DNA of 61,158 nt, filler included, from Nemertoderma westbladi (Eukaryota; Animalia; Xenacoelomorpha): NCBI GenBank assembly GCA_032718475.1. It is 4 parts of 4 records of this genome, joined end to end, with 100 filler letters (N's around TTAATTAATTAA, not from the genome) between each part and the next. Parts side by side here need not be neighbours in the genome. Positions count along the whole stretch, not along the records: positions 1 to 21,178 come from JAUCBJ010007947.1; positions 21,279 to 36,039 come from JAUCBJ010002906.1; 2 more parts are not named here. One strand, 5' to 3'. Both the position numbers and the translations under genes were made by a program. The notes below the pieces were generated by a model. It did not search any database and was not told the origin of the DNA. It saw only the letters and a list, made by a program, of their open reading frames with translations. Shown here in pieces: positions 12,969 to 24,359 of this stretch (positions within the stretch are counted from its first letter, which is position 1; each line of letters opens with the position of its first letter).

Positions 12969-15900
12969 TGTTAGCTTATTCAATTCCGCTAACCTCCCCA
13001 TAAAGTGAGCCTTAAGCAATATTGGGGAACACGAGGTCGACTATCAATCAACCTCGTGTCACCCCAACAAAGTGGGAAGGGGAAACCCCAAAGAACACAC
13101 ACACAATAGGGGTCAGGGGTTACACCCCTGAGAGAGAGGGAATAGCAGGGGTAAAGGGAAGCACTCCAAAGGGAGGTAAAAGGGCGACAACAGGGTTATT
13201 AGCCAATGGGGGGAAGGCATCGGCTGAGTAGTGTTATGCGGCCAACTGTGCAATATATATTACCAGTCTTTATGTCATTTGTCCAGTTATCCCAGTACAG
13301 TCAGGCAGTACGGTGACAGTTAAGACCGTCACCGCCGTCACCAACTACCTATATTATAACATACCGGTAACCTGTTACCTTAGTAGTGTCCTTGTTAATT
13401 GTCCTTGTTAATGATATATGTGTGATACGATATAAATGTAAATGAGAAACAGTAACAGATAGCTGTTACTGTTTCTCATTTACATTTATATCGTATCACA
13501 CATATATCATTAACAAGGACACTGGAATGAACTATTACCTTTTCCATTCACACGGCGGGGACGCGTACAAAAACAACACCGGATAAACCGGGATCCTCTC
13601 GGATCCCGTCACAGTCTTAACTCTAGGAGCTGCCGGGCTGTAACTACTAAAGATGAGTCAAGAAAGAGAGACGACACCGCCGCGGACCCCGGACGACAAC
13701 CTAACGATCCGCGAGGCCACGGCGAGACGGTATCGACCCACGAGGCCGGATTCGTCAACGACGAATGATCCGGCAATCCAAACGGAAGGGGGCCGTCTAC
13801 AACGAGAAGGGAGAGACGAGTCGAGAGGGGAAAGAGACGAGTTGACACACAGCGGCGGTCGACGTGCCGATGTCGCCGGCCAGCCACAGGCCGAGGGCGA
13901 CGGACGGCCCACCGGAATGGCGACGGTGGGGCCGTCGGTATGACGCCGGACACGGAGAGAAAGAGGGGATGTCGGCGACGAGGACGTCGGAGTTAGCGAC
14001 CGGCTCCGACGGGCTTACAACGCCACGAGGGAACAGTTGAGGGAAGCTAAGGAGGGAGCAGAACTAGACGAGGTAAAGTTAGAAAAGCGGCTAGGTGAGT
14101 CGAACAGATATTTTGCTTACCTAGTGCGTTTTGGGCAGCAAGAACTAGCGAGAGAGCGAGAGGGGTTGCCAGCGAACTGATTGAACTATGGGAGTGAAGG
14201 GGTATGCAGCCTAGTGTAGTGTACATAGGGCCATACTTAGTCGATGCCCGGGGAGTAAAATTAGTGGGTTGGAGGAGACCGCAGGAGGGCGAATCCGAGG
14301 TTAGCCCCGAGGATTCAGTCTCGTCGGTCGGAGGAAGTCCCGGGAGGCGGGGGAAAGTTGGTGGGATGGAGGGGCGGCGGGAGTCCGTCGCAACCGATAA
14401 GTCGCTACAAGAGAAGTTCGCTACATCCTCCGCAAAAGAAAGAAGGGTGTGGGAGATAAATCTGAGGTATAAATTAATAATGGTGGCAACAGACCAGAAA
14501 GAGTTAGAGAGGCGACTGAGGGAGGAAACCGCATTGTTGGAGAGAGAAAGAGAGTGGGTGAGGGAGTATAGAGAGAGAGCCAAGGAGTGTAGAGAGAGAG
14601 CTGAGGAATGTAGAGAGCGGGAGATGAGCGAGCCGGCGAGGCGGTTTGAGATGGTTGCGAGAGGGGCAGAGTTGGCCGAGCAGAGTACACGAGGGAGAGA
14701 AATAGAGGGTAAGCGCTACTAGAGTGGCTTACGCAATATCAAGCCAAACTGAATCAGCGCTGACTAGAACTGGCGCGGTTGGAACTATCAGAGAGTGAGA
14801 CCCCACTTACAGGCACCGGGCGAGAGAACCAGAACTGGTGTAGCCGTATGGGCGGGGGGGGGGTAGTAGTAGAACGTTAGGAAATGTAGGTATTAATAGT
14901 ACCGTAGTAGATAACCCTAATCCCTTTATTACAGGAAATATTTTACGTGGTAGTAGTAATTTAAATTTAAATACAATATATAATCTAAATAATAATTTCA
15001 ATTCAAACGCGCAAAATAATTCGAATAATAATTTAAATTTAGAAAATAATAATAATTTAAATAATTTAAATAATAATCCCGTTTCAAATTCTAATAACTC
15101 TAATATTTTAATTGATTTTGGGGATTTAATTGATCTAACAGATAATATTGCGAATGGTGCTATTAATATGAACGTGTCGCACGTACATAACCCGGCAGAC
15201 GGGGGCCTGGCAGGCCACGTAGTTAGTAGGCAGGAAGTGGCGGGGTTGAGCCAACCCGACGGCGGCCTGGTAGGCCACGTAGTTAGTAGGCAGGAGGTAG
15301 CGGGGTTGAGCCAACCCGAGGTGGGCCTGATAGTCCACGCAGTAGTAGAGAGAGAGGCAGGGGTGAATAGACCCAGTCGCAGTAGGGTTAGTGCGTCGAC
15401 TAGAGAGGGGTGTAGAAGCGAAGTAAGGGATAGTGAAGTAAGATGTGGCGAGTGTGGGGGGGGGGGGCTACGGGCGCCCCACCACGGAAGATTAGTGGCG
15501 AGAGGGGGGAGGTAGAGAATGTCCGACAAGAGGGATGCAGGAGTGTAGTAAGAGATAGTGAAGTTAGAAATGTCGGGTGGGGGGGGGGGGCCACAGGCGC
15601 CCCACCACGAGAGGGGGGGGGGGCAGAGAGTGTCCCACAGGCATCGGCGGATAATGCGCGGGCCGAATTAGGTAAACCGCAACACCCGGCGATGGAGAAT
15701 AATAGGGGGATTGCGAGTATCCCCAGCGGCGTGCGATCGAGCAGAGAGAGACAGGTTGACGTCGTGAGAGGGCGGGCGACGGAACGTCGAGCCCAGTCAG
15801 AAGAGAGAAGATTAGTAGAGTTTAACCGGGAGGTCGACGAGAGATCTCACAAGCGGGAATACTGCAATGTGAAGAGAAGATAGTAGAAGAAGTGTCGTCG

Positions 15901-18900
15901 CGAACGATAGGAGAGCGAGGATGGATAACGAGCCGTCGACAAAAGAGATGGAGTTAGGGAGTCAGTGGGGTTGAACTTCGGGAGATTGCTGTCGCCCCGG
16001 AGAAACGCACCGCACGCCAAGAGAGGGGTACAGGACGTACCGATACAAAGTCAAGAACAGGAGAGGGGATCGAAGAGAAGCTTCCCGACGGGATATAGCT
16101 GCCGATTGAGAGTGCGGTAGTCGCGGGGAGATTCGAGATTCGCGAAGATTAAACTTCGGTTCGAAAGGGCACATGCAGACTGCAGGACATACTGTAGGCC
16201 TTACTGCACATAATATTATAGGCCATGCTGGGAGAGATAGAATAGGTGATAGGGTAGCGCTGACGATGTGATTAAACCCGGAAGCCGCGGAGTAAATACC
16301 GGTAGGTAGGCAAGAAGTGGGTAGGCCTATATCGGTACGGCAGCATGACTATAATACACAGGGACATAACATATATCCAGGGGAGGGGAGAGTTATTGCA
16401 GATAGATGTATGATTGTATGGGCCCCAATATATTAACATCAACCCCAGTACCAAATATACCGGTGGGGGGGGGGGGGGGGACAGGGTGACATTCCCCCAT
16501 CACAATATCAACAATATACTCGAACAGCAATGAGAACATCGAACCCCCTGGACGAGAACAGGTCGTGCGGACAGTCGCGGCCACACGCGGCCATACAGGG
16601 GGCTACAAGCCCACAGTTAGCTGGTAGTAGGGCCACACCGTGGCAGGGACAGAAAGAAAATAACACCACAAATAAACACAATCCCAGTATACCCAGTAGG
16701 CCGAGTACAGTCAACCAAAACACAAAATCGGTAGATATAAACCTACGCGCAATACATGAAGGATAATACAGGAAACGCTATAATCCAGGATTCGAATGTC
16801 AATTACATCGGGACGGAACCCATAAGACCAAGAGTTGTAAGCACTGGCAAGCGTTGCCTAAACAAGATCGTATAGCCTACACAGACGCAATCGGACTATG
16901 TCATCGATGTGTGGTAGAAGGACACAGACCCGGAGAGTGTAGAGAAACAGCAGCTACAAGCACGACAGTGGCAGGAAAGAAGAGAAAAGTACTACCCGAG
17001 GAAGTAACAGTTAGAGAGTGGGCGGGGGAGAATGGATATCCCAGCAAGTATCGGTATGGAGATAGAGAGGAGCGGACGGCAAGATGTCCGGAGGACAAAC
17101 CGGAGGAGCGTCCGGTGGAGTGTCAGGAGTGTCCAGAGGAGTGTCCGGAAGAGATGCCGGTCCGGTTGAGAGGCATACCGATAAGGGGGAGGTCGAGTAA
17201 GAAGACAAGATGGAAAGGGAGAGGATGTGAGAGGATTAGACCAGGGGCAGAGAGGCCCGTGGGTGGACATAATAAAGGAGTCAGGAAAGTAGGAGGCGTG
17301 TTGCATACGCACGCGGGACTAACAGAGTGCGAGGGGGCATTACATGGGCAGACGTTGTAAGACGTTAGTAAGAGGGTACGTAGTACCGTTAGTTAGTAGA
17401 GTGAGTTACAGAAGTGAGTACGGGGGTACGTAGGACCATTAGTTAGAGAGAGAGTAAGCGTTAGCGGGCACGTAGTACCGCTAGTTAGAGAGAGAGTCAG
17501 AGACGTTCGGTAGTCAGAGAGTAGTACCGCTAGTTAGATAGAGATGTAGGCAGTAAGAGGGTACGTAGTGACCGTTAGTTAGAAAGTTAGTAGAGCAGTA
17601 GAGGGTTGTGAGCACCGTAAGCGCCACGTAGGAAGTAGTAAGCAGAGTGGTTGTGGGCACCGCAAGCGCCACGTAGTTAGAGTTTGTAGGGGATGCGTCC
17701 AACTAAGTTGGGGCACGGGCGTGATGATGTGTTTGAGGTAAGAGCAGCGTATGTTAATTAGGGTGGGTGCCGGGCACAAGAGGTGCCGGGCACAAGAGTT
17801 AGTAGTAGAGTTAGTTGAGTTAGTAGAGAGTTAGTAGAGTTAGTAAGAGTTAGTAAGAGTTAGTAGTAGAGTTAGTTGAGTTAGTAGAGAGTTAGTAGAG
17901 TTAGTAAGAGGTAGTAGTTCACATAATTAACGTACCGACTCTGCCGGCACTCAGAGCGTCACGTGCAGGCGAGGAGACGTGAGGGGGGTAGGATGTGGAT
18001 AGAGTAGAATAGTAGAGACGGGCACATAGGTTTCCAGGTAGTAGAGTTAGAGAGTTAGAGGTGGTAGAGTAGTAGAGAGGGCACATGGGGTGCCAGGCAG
18101 TAGAGTAGTAGAGAGGGCACATAGGGTGCCAGGTAGTAGAGTAGTAGAGAGGGCACATAGGGTGCCAGATAGTAGAGTGGTTGTGGGCACCGCAAGCGCC
18201 ACATAGTTAGAGGAGTCAAGTAGAGTTAGAGAGTAAGTAGACTTAGAAGAGTTAGAGAGAGTTAGTAGAAGTAGAGAGTTAGTAGCAGAATAGAAGTAGT
18301 AGTAGAGTGGTTGTGGGCACCGCAAGCGCCACATAGAGGGAAGTAGTAGTAGAATGGTTGTGGGCACCACAAGTGCCACGTAGATAAAGGTGGTAGCAGA
18401 GTTAGAGTTAGTTAGACTTAGTAGAGCTAGTTAGAGTCGGAGAGTTAGTAGAGAGTAAGAGAGTTAGATAGTTAGCAAGTAAGTAGTAGGTAGATAGTAT
18501 GATAGCACAGGGGTAGCATTAGAGATTAGGGCCTTAGGGAGTGGTAGAGAATAGAGAGGAGTATGGAGAGAAGTTAGAGTGCGATTCAGGTGTGGGGAGA
18601 GAGTAAGAGTGGGGAGAGAGTAATAGCAGAGTTAGAGTGAGAGATTAGAGTTATAGTGGAGAGCTTTTAAAATTGTGTGAGAGTCCACAATTGGCCCAAC
18701 ACGAGACGTCAGATGGGTAGCGTTATCATACCCATGGGGAGCGGCCTGGAAAGCCGACTCCAAGAAAAATAGACCCACCCCACACCCGATACTAGATCGG
18801 GATCCAGCGGAATTGTAGCGCACTATAGGTGGATGCTATCTTATCACCGGGAAGATAGCATGGGGGGGAGTGTTAGCTTATTCAATTCCGCTAACCACCC

Positions 18901-19393
18901 CATAAAGTGAGCCTTAAGCAATATTGGGGAACACGAGGTCGACTATCAATCAACCTCGTGACGCACAATAGGGGTCAGGGGTTACACCCCTGAGAGAGAG
19001 GGAATAGCAGGGGTAAAGGGAAGCACTCCAAAGGGAGGTAAAAGGGCGACAACAGGGTTATTAGCCAATAGGGGGAAGGCATCGGCTGAGTAGTGTTATG
19101 CAGCCAACCGTGCAATATATATTACCAGTCTTTATGTCATTTGTACAGTTATCCCAGTACAGTCAGGCAGTACGGTGACAGTTAAGACCGTCACCGCCAT
19201 CACCAACTACCTATATTATAACATACCGGTAACCTGTGCTATCTGTTACTGTTTCTCATTTACATTTATATCGTATCACACATATATCATTAACAAGGAC
19301 ACTGGAACGAACTATTACCTTTTCCATTCACACGGCGGGGACGCGTACGAAAACAACACCGGATAAACCGGGATCCTCTAAGATCCTGTCACA
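12969..19393 (+). mobile_element. Complete non-autonomous BEL/Pao-derived LTR element (decayed gag only), nested in a relative
   Basis: LTRs 12969-13613 and 18871-19393 (TGTTAG...GTCACA); 5-bp TSD CCTGC (12964-68, 19394-98); PPT 18861-70; BEL gag knuckle CQLH..H..C..W..LPKQDR...GLCHRC..GH...C at ~16795-16940; no RT, RNase H or integrase seen. Confidence 0.85.
17360..18660 (+). repeat. Purine-rich AGT/AGAGTT low-complexity tract with embedded GTGGTTGTGGGCACCGCAAGCGCCAC units
   Basis: Direct reading; the reverse-complement equivalent lies at 19440-20380 in the host element. Confidence 0.85.
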
Positions 19394-21178
19394 CCTGCAC
19401 TCTTTCTCGCCAGCAACTCCATACTCCTCTCTACTCTCTGCCACTCCCTAAGGCCCTAATCTCTAATGCTACCCCTGTGCTATCATACTATCTAACTCTC
19501 TAACCTACTAACTACTTACTACCTTCTAACTCTCTAGCTTACTAACTACCTACTATCTAACTCCCTTTTCTACTAACTCCAACTAGCTCTCTGACTAACT
19601 CCTACTAACTCTTCTAAGTCTACTAACTCTAACTCTACTAAGTCTACTAACTCTTACTACTTCTAGCTCTAACTAAAAACCTCTAACTTTCTACTAACTC
19701 TAACTAGAACTCTCTAACTCTCTACTAACTCTATCTCTACTGCTACCTCTAACTCTGCTACCACCTCTATCTTCGTGGCGCTTGTGGTGCCCACAACCAC
19801 ACTCTGCTACTACCTACGTCTATGTGGCGCTTGCGGTGCCCACAACCACTCTACTACTACCTCTACTCTGCTACTACCTCTATCTTCGTGGCGCTTGCGG
19901 TGCCCACAAACACTCTCTTACTACTTCCTCTATGTGGTGCTTGCGGTGCCCACAACCACTCTGCTTACTAGCACCCTATGTGCCCGTCTCTACTACTCTA
20001 CTACCTGGCACCCTATGTGCCCTCTTTACTACTCTACTACCTCTACATCTCCACCTCCACTACTACCTCTATCTACGTGGCGCTTGCAGTGCCCACAACC
20101 ACTCTGCTGCTACCTCTATGTGGCGCTTTCGGTGCCCACAACCACCCTCTGCTACTACTTTCTACGTGGCGCTTCCGGTGCCCACAACCACCCTACTACT
20201 ACCTCTATCTACGTGGCGCTTCCGGTGCCCACAACCACTCTACTACCGTGGTATGTCTATACCACACTCCCTATACCCCGCCGCCTTCTAACCTAACTAT
20301 CTTCTAACTACTCACTATCTTCTACTACTTCTAACTTCTACTAACTGTTTCTTCTAACTATTGCTTTCTACCTTCTACTTTTATTTTATTATTTTATTAT
20401 TTATTTTTAATTAAATAATTAATTTTTGTGGGAAGGGCGTCTCGCCCTCATTCCCACCCCCCTCAGTCCAAAATTTTGGACGACTAAACTCTGAGGTGCC
20501 CCTTCTTCCAGTAGGCACTCTCCCACTGCCCTCCTATACGTCCTCTCACTCTTCACCACACTTTCTTCGCCAGTTCCAACTGACCAGGAATTGGTTCTCC
20601 CTCTTCCGCCACCCTAAAATCGGGTCTCTCCACCGCCTTCTTAACTTCCTCGCCACTTGGCATCAAAATGCCACCTCTCAACTTGTCGTCTCCTGGCTGC
20701 AGAATGAAAAGAAAGTGAAAGAACAGGCAATATAGAAGGTACAATAATAGTCATATCCCTTTCCATCCTGTCTTCCTACTCGAGCTCCCCCTTGTCGGTA
20801 TGCCTCTCAACCGGACCGGCGTCTCTTCCGGACACTCCTCTGGACACTCCTCTAGACACTCCTTCCGACACTCCTCCGGGCACTCCTCCGGTTTGTCCTC
20901 CGGACATCTCGCCGTCCGCTCCTCTCCATCCCCATACCGATACTTGCTGGGAAATCCATTCTTCTCCGCCCACTCTCTTACTTCTACTTCCCCATCTGGC
21001 TTATCTACCGTTTCTGGTCTCTCTTCTGCGTCCTCTGCGTCTTCGGTGCCTGGTAACATGCACCCTGATGTCTCCGTCACTCTGGATGGAATCTTGGTTT
21101 TAACTGGGCCGCTAAGCGTCCATCCGAATGGTGTGAGGATCGCCGTCGGGTCCCGCTGCCTGTCTTCACCAAAGACCG
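19394..21178 (-). mobile_element. Body of the host BEL-derived element (post-protease region and 3' repeat tract)
   Basis: Minus strand DPTAILTPFGWTLSGP (BEL post-protease motif), then EWAEKNGFPSKYRYGDGEERTARCPE shared with 16854-17360. Confidence 0.8.
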
Positions 21179-21278
21179 NNNNNNNNNNNNNNNNNNNNNN
21201 NNNNNNNNNNNNNNNNNNNNNNTTAATTAATTAANNNNNNNNNNNNNNNNNNNNNNNNNNNNNNNNNNNNNNNNNNNN
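21179..21278. other. Artificial contig-join spacer
   Basis: N-run, TTAATTAATTAA (stops in all six frames), N-run; 100 bp. Confidence 0.97.
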
Positions 21279-21571
21279 AAACCCAACTGAGTATAACAGT
21301 TATTCATATTCATTCATGTTCATTCATATTATTAGTTTGCAGGTGGGGAGGATGAATTTTCTAATAATAAAAAGGCTAAAACAATATAACCTCATTACAA
21401 TAAATGTATCGTACTACGAAATTGGAGAGGAGCAGGTTACACACAATGTTTTCTAACCAGAACAATAAACGATACATACTGAATAACCGGTCTGCCAGTA
21501 TTGTATCCATTGACAATAAGGAAGGGAACGGATCAGTCTGGCAGTGTATTTTGAATTTATTGCAATAACAT

Positions 21572-21797
21572 TGGGGGGACCAAATCCGCGAACGAGGACC
21601 CAATCCGCTAGCAGATTTGGTCCTAGGGAGACCAAATCTGCTAGCGGATTGGGTCTGGGGGGACTAAATCCGCTAGCAGATTTGGTCCTAGGGAGACCAA
21701 ATCTGCTAGCGGATTGGGTCTGGGGGGACTAAATCCGCTAGCATATCTGGTCCGGGGGGACCGATTCTTCGGGGGACTGAATCCGCTGTTACACCGG
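21572..21797. mobile_element. DNA transposon end with palindromic subterminal repeats
   Basis: Repeated GGACCAAATC(C/T)GCTAGC(A/G)GATT(T/G)GGTC units ending in TGTTACACCGG followed by TA. Confidence 0.6.
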
Positions 21798-22134
21798 TAC
21801 TAAAATACAGAAATACCTGCTTTATACCTACATCTGTACATACAACACAGCAAAATAGTGCTATATATACTAATACTGGTACTGATAGCCTGAGAGAACA
21901 GCAGTAGAGAAACCGGTAGTATGGAACCTAACATTAGACTTTTGGAGGACATAAAAAATAAAAAAAAAAGGACAATAAAGGATTTAAACGGACAATAAAA
22001 ATTATTGCGTTTTTCAATTCATAGACCAGAACAATAATTACAGGTACCAATTAGTTCTAAAATACATTTTAGGTTCTATGTTTGTTTACGAATTTGTTTA
22101 TGAATCGAATGATTGGCGATTAGGTAGCACACTA

Positions 22135-23791
22135 ATGGCCGGAGCCAGTAGAGGAAGAACAAGATTCATCGAGCTTTCAGCCACAAACCACAGTAGTAAT
22201 GATCTTTATGCTATACTGGACGCTGTTGAGAGTGATACAGGAAGTGATATTGAAAATCTCCTAAACGACTCTGATACTGAATTTGTAATTAATAATATAG
22301 AATCCAACTCAGAGATCCTCACTGGCAATTCTACTGATAAAGATAATCTGACACCAGATGCTGCTTTACATATAGAAGTTACATTCCGACACTACAAAGG
22401 AGGGAGTAAGTTCGGGAACTACAGGAGGGAAGGGGTCTATGTATTCGGGAACTAGAGGAGGGATGGGGTTCACGTATTCGGGAACTAGAGGAGGGATAGG
22501 GTCCACGTATTCGGGAACTACAGGAGGGATTGGGTTCACGTATTCGGGAACTACAGGGGGGATAGGGTCCACGTATTCGGGAACTACAGGAGGGATTGGG
22601 TTCACGTATTCGGGAACTACATGAGGGAAGGGGTCCATGTATTCGGGAACTAGAGGAGTGAAGGGATCCACGTATTCGGGAACTAGAGGAGAGATAGGGT
22701 CCACGTTTTCGGGAACTACAGGAGGGAAGGGGTCCACGTATTCGGGAACTACAGGGGGGATTGGGTTCACATATTCGGGAACTACAGGAGGGAAGGGGTC
22801 CACGTATTTTGGAACTACAGGAGGGAAGGGGTCCACGTATTCAGGAACTACAGGAGGGAAGGGGTCCACGTATTCTGGAACTACAGGAGGGAAGGGGTCC
22901 ACGTATTCTGGAACTACAGGAGCGAAGGGGTCCACGTATTCTGGAACTACAGGAGGGAAGGGGTCCACGTATTCTGGAACTACAGGAGGGAAGGGGTCCA
23001 CGTATTCTGGAACTACAGGAGGGAAGGGGTCCACGTATTCTGGAACTACAGGAGGGAAGGGTCAGCTAATTCCGGAACAGTGGGTAAGGGAAGAAAGAAG
23101 GGTAAAAAGAAAATAGGAACTGAGGAAAAAGGGTCTGAACTCGTTGGGGAATGGATGAAGTTTTGCAATATACCACACCACCGTCTAGTAATAATTGTGC
23201 TCTAGTATTAATTGATCTCTAGTTATTGTGCTCCAATCATCTTCTTATTGTATAATACTAAAAAACAATGTAAAGAAATGTATTATCTAATACAATTCTG
23301 GCGATTTTTTTGAAAATTTTTGGATATTTTTTGAAAATTTCCGGACATTTTTTGAAATTTCCCGGATATTCTCTTTAAAAATTTCAGGAAATATTTTTTA
23401 ACATTCAGTACATTTTTTTTAATTCTCAGTCAATGTTTGAAAATTTCTGGACATTTTTTGAAAATCTCGGGACATTTTTTGAAATTTTTCGGACATTCTT
23501 TAAAAATTTCCTGACATTGTTTGAAAATTTAATTAAAAAAATGTTCTGGAACATCTGCCTTTTTCTGTGTAGCCCAAGACACACAATAAATGTAATAAAG
23601 GGAATTTTTTTAAATAAGCTGTCAAAAACTCCTTTCAGGACCAGAGGGACACCAGTGTCCCATGCAATATCTCAGGAACTTCTTGGTGAAATTTAAAATT
23701 TTTTTTATATTATTCTAGTTGGGCAATTTTGTCGATTGTTTTAAATTTTCAGCATTTGGGGACCTCCAGTTCTCTTGCTGTCGTGAAGGGG
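22135..23791 (+). mobile_element. piggyBac-type remnant: transposase N-terminus and right end
   Basis: MAGASRG..DLYAILDAVESDTGSDIENLLNDSDTEFV resembles acidic piggyBac transposase N-termini (from recall); end GTCGTGAAGGGG followed by TTAA at 23792-95; left end not found. Confidence 0.55.
22405..23075. repeat. 33-bp minisatellite, ~20 copies
   Basis: Unit GGAACTACAGGAGGGAAGGGGTCCACGTATTC(G/T). Confidence 0.95.
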
Positions 23792-23805
23792 TTAACCGTT
23801 TAACG

Positions 23806-24181
23806 CCCATTGCACCTTAAATGGAACATGGTATATGGAGAGACATGGGCGGGGCGGCTGCTGCTTTGAAAAAAACGTGATTTATTTTTTGATATGTGTA
23901 AATTACATGTTTCCTCACATAATGACACCTTACTTGACCAAATTTTATCAATTTCAAAACTGGAAATGGCCTGTTGAAAAGTGCCATTTTTGAAATATTT
24001 AGGTGTCTTTTTGAATCTTAAAATTATGAGATGTGGGGTGGTCAAAAATTTTCAGAAATTAGCTTTCCTGTTGGCCTGAATGCTATGTTAATCATTTTTA
24101 TCAGTTTTAGCTTTCAAATTTTATTTAACAATGTTTAATACAGCAGCAAAGTGAAATGTTCCATTTAAGGTGCGTTGGGAC
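23806..24181. mobile_element. MITE with ~24-bp TIRs
   Basis: CCCATTGCACCTTAAATGGAACAT ... ATGTTCCATTTAAGGTGCGTTGGG. Confidence 0.7.
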
Positions 24182-24359
24182 TTCAAACACATTTTTTATT
24201 ACATTTTTTTTTTAAATTGCTTCATATACTAACAGTTACTACAGTTATTGATTTTGATCAACTTTGAAAAAATGTCTACAAGTTGTCCAAATGACAAGTG
24301 GAAATGTGAAGAACATAACTCGATTGTCGAGTGTACTGTACAGTACATTGTTGGATTCA

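Noticed and set aside
19775-20307. Mucin-like VALAVPTTT ORFs
   Set aside because: Translation of the repeat tract within the LTR element.
21223-21234. TTAATTAATTAA palindrome occurring three times
   Set aside because: Artificial linker inside N spacers.
22366-23116. Repetitive ORFs ([11 protein letters not shown] / ice-nucleation-like GSTYSGTTG)
   Set aside because: 33-bp minisatellite open in several frames on both strands.
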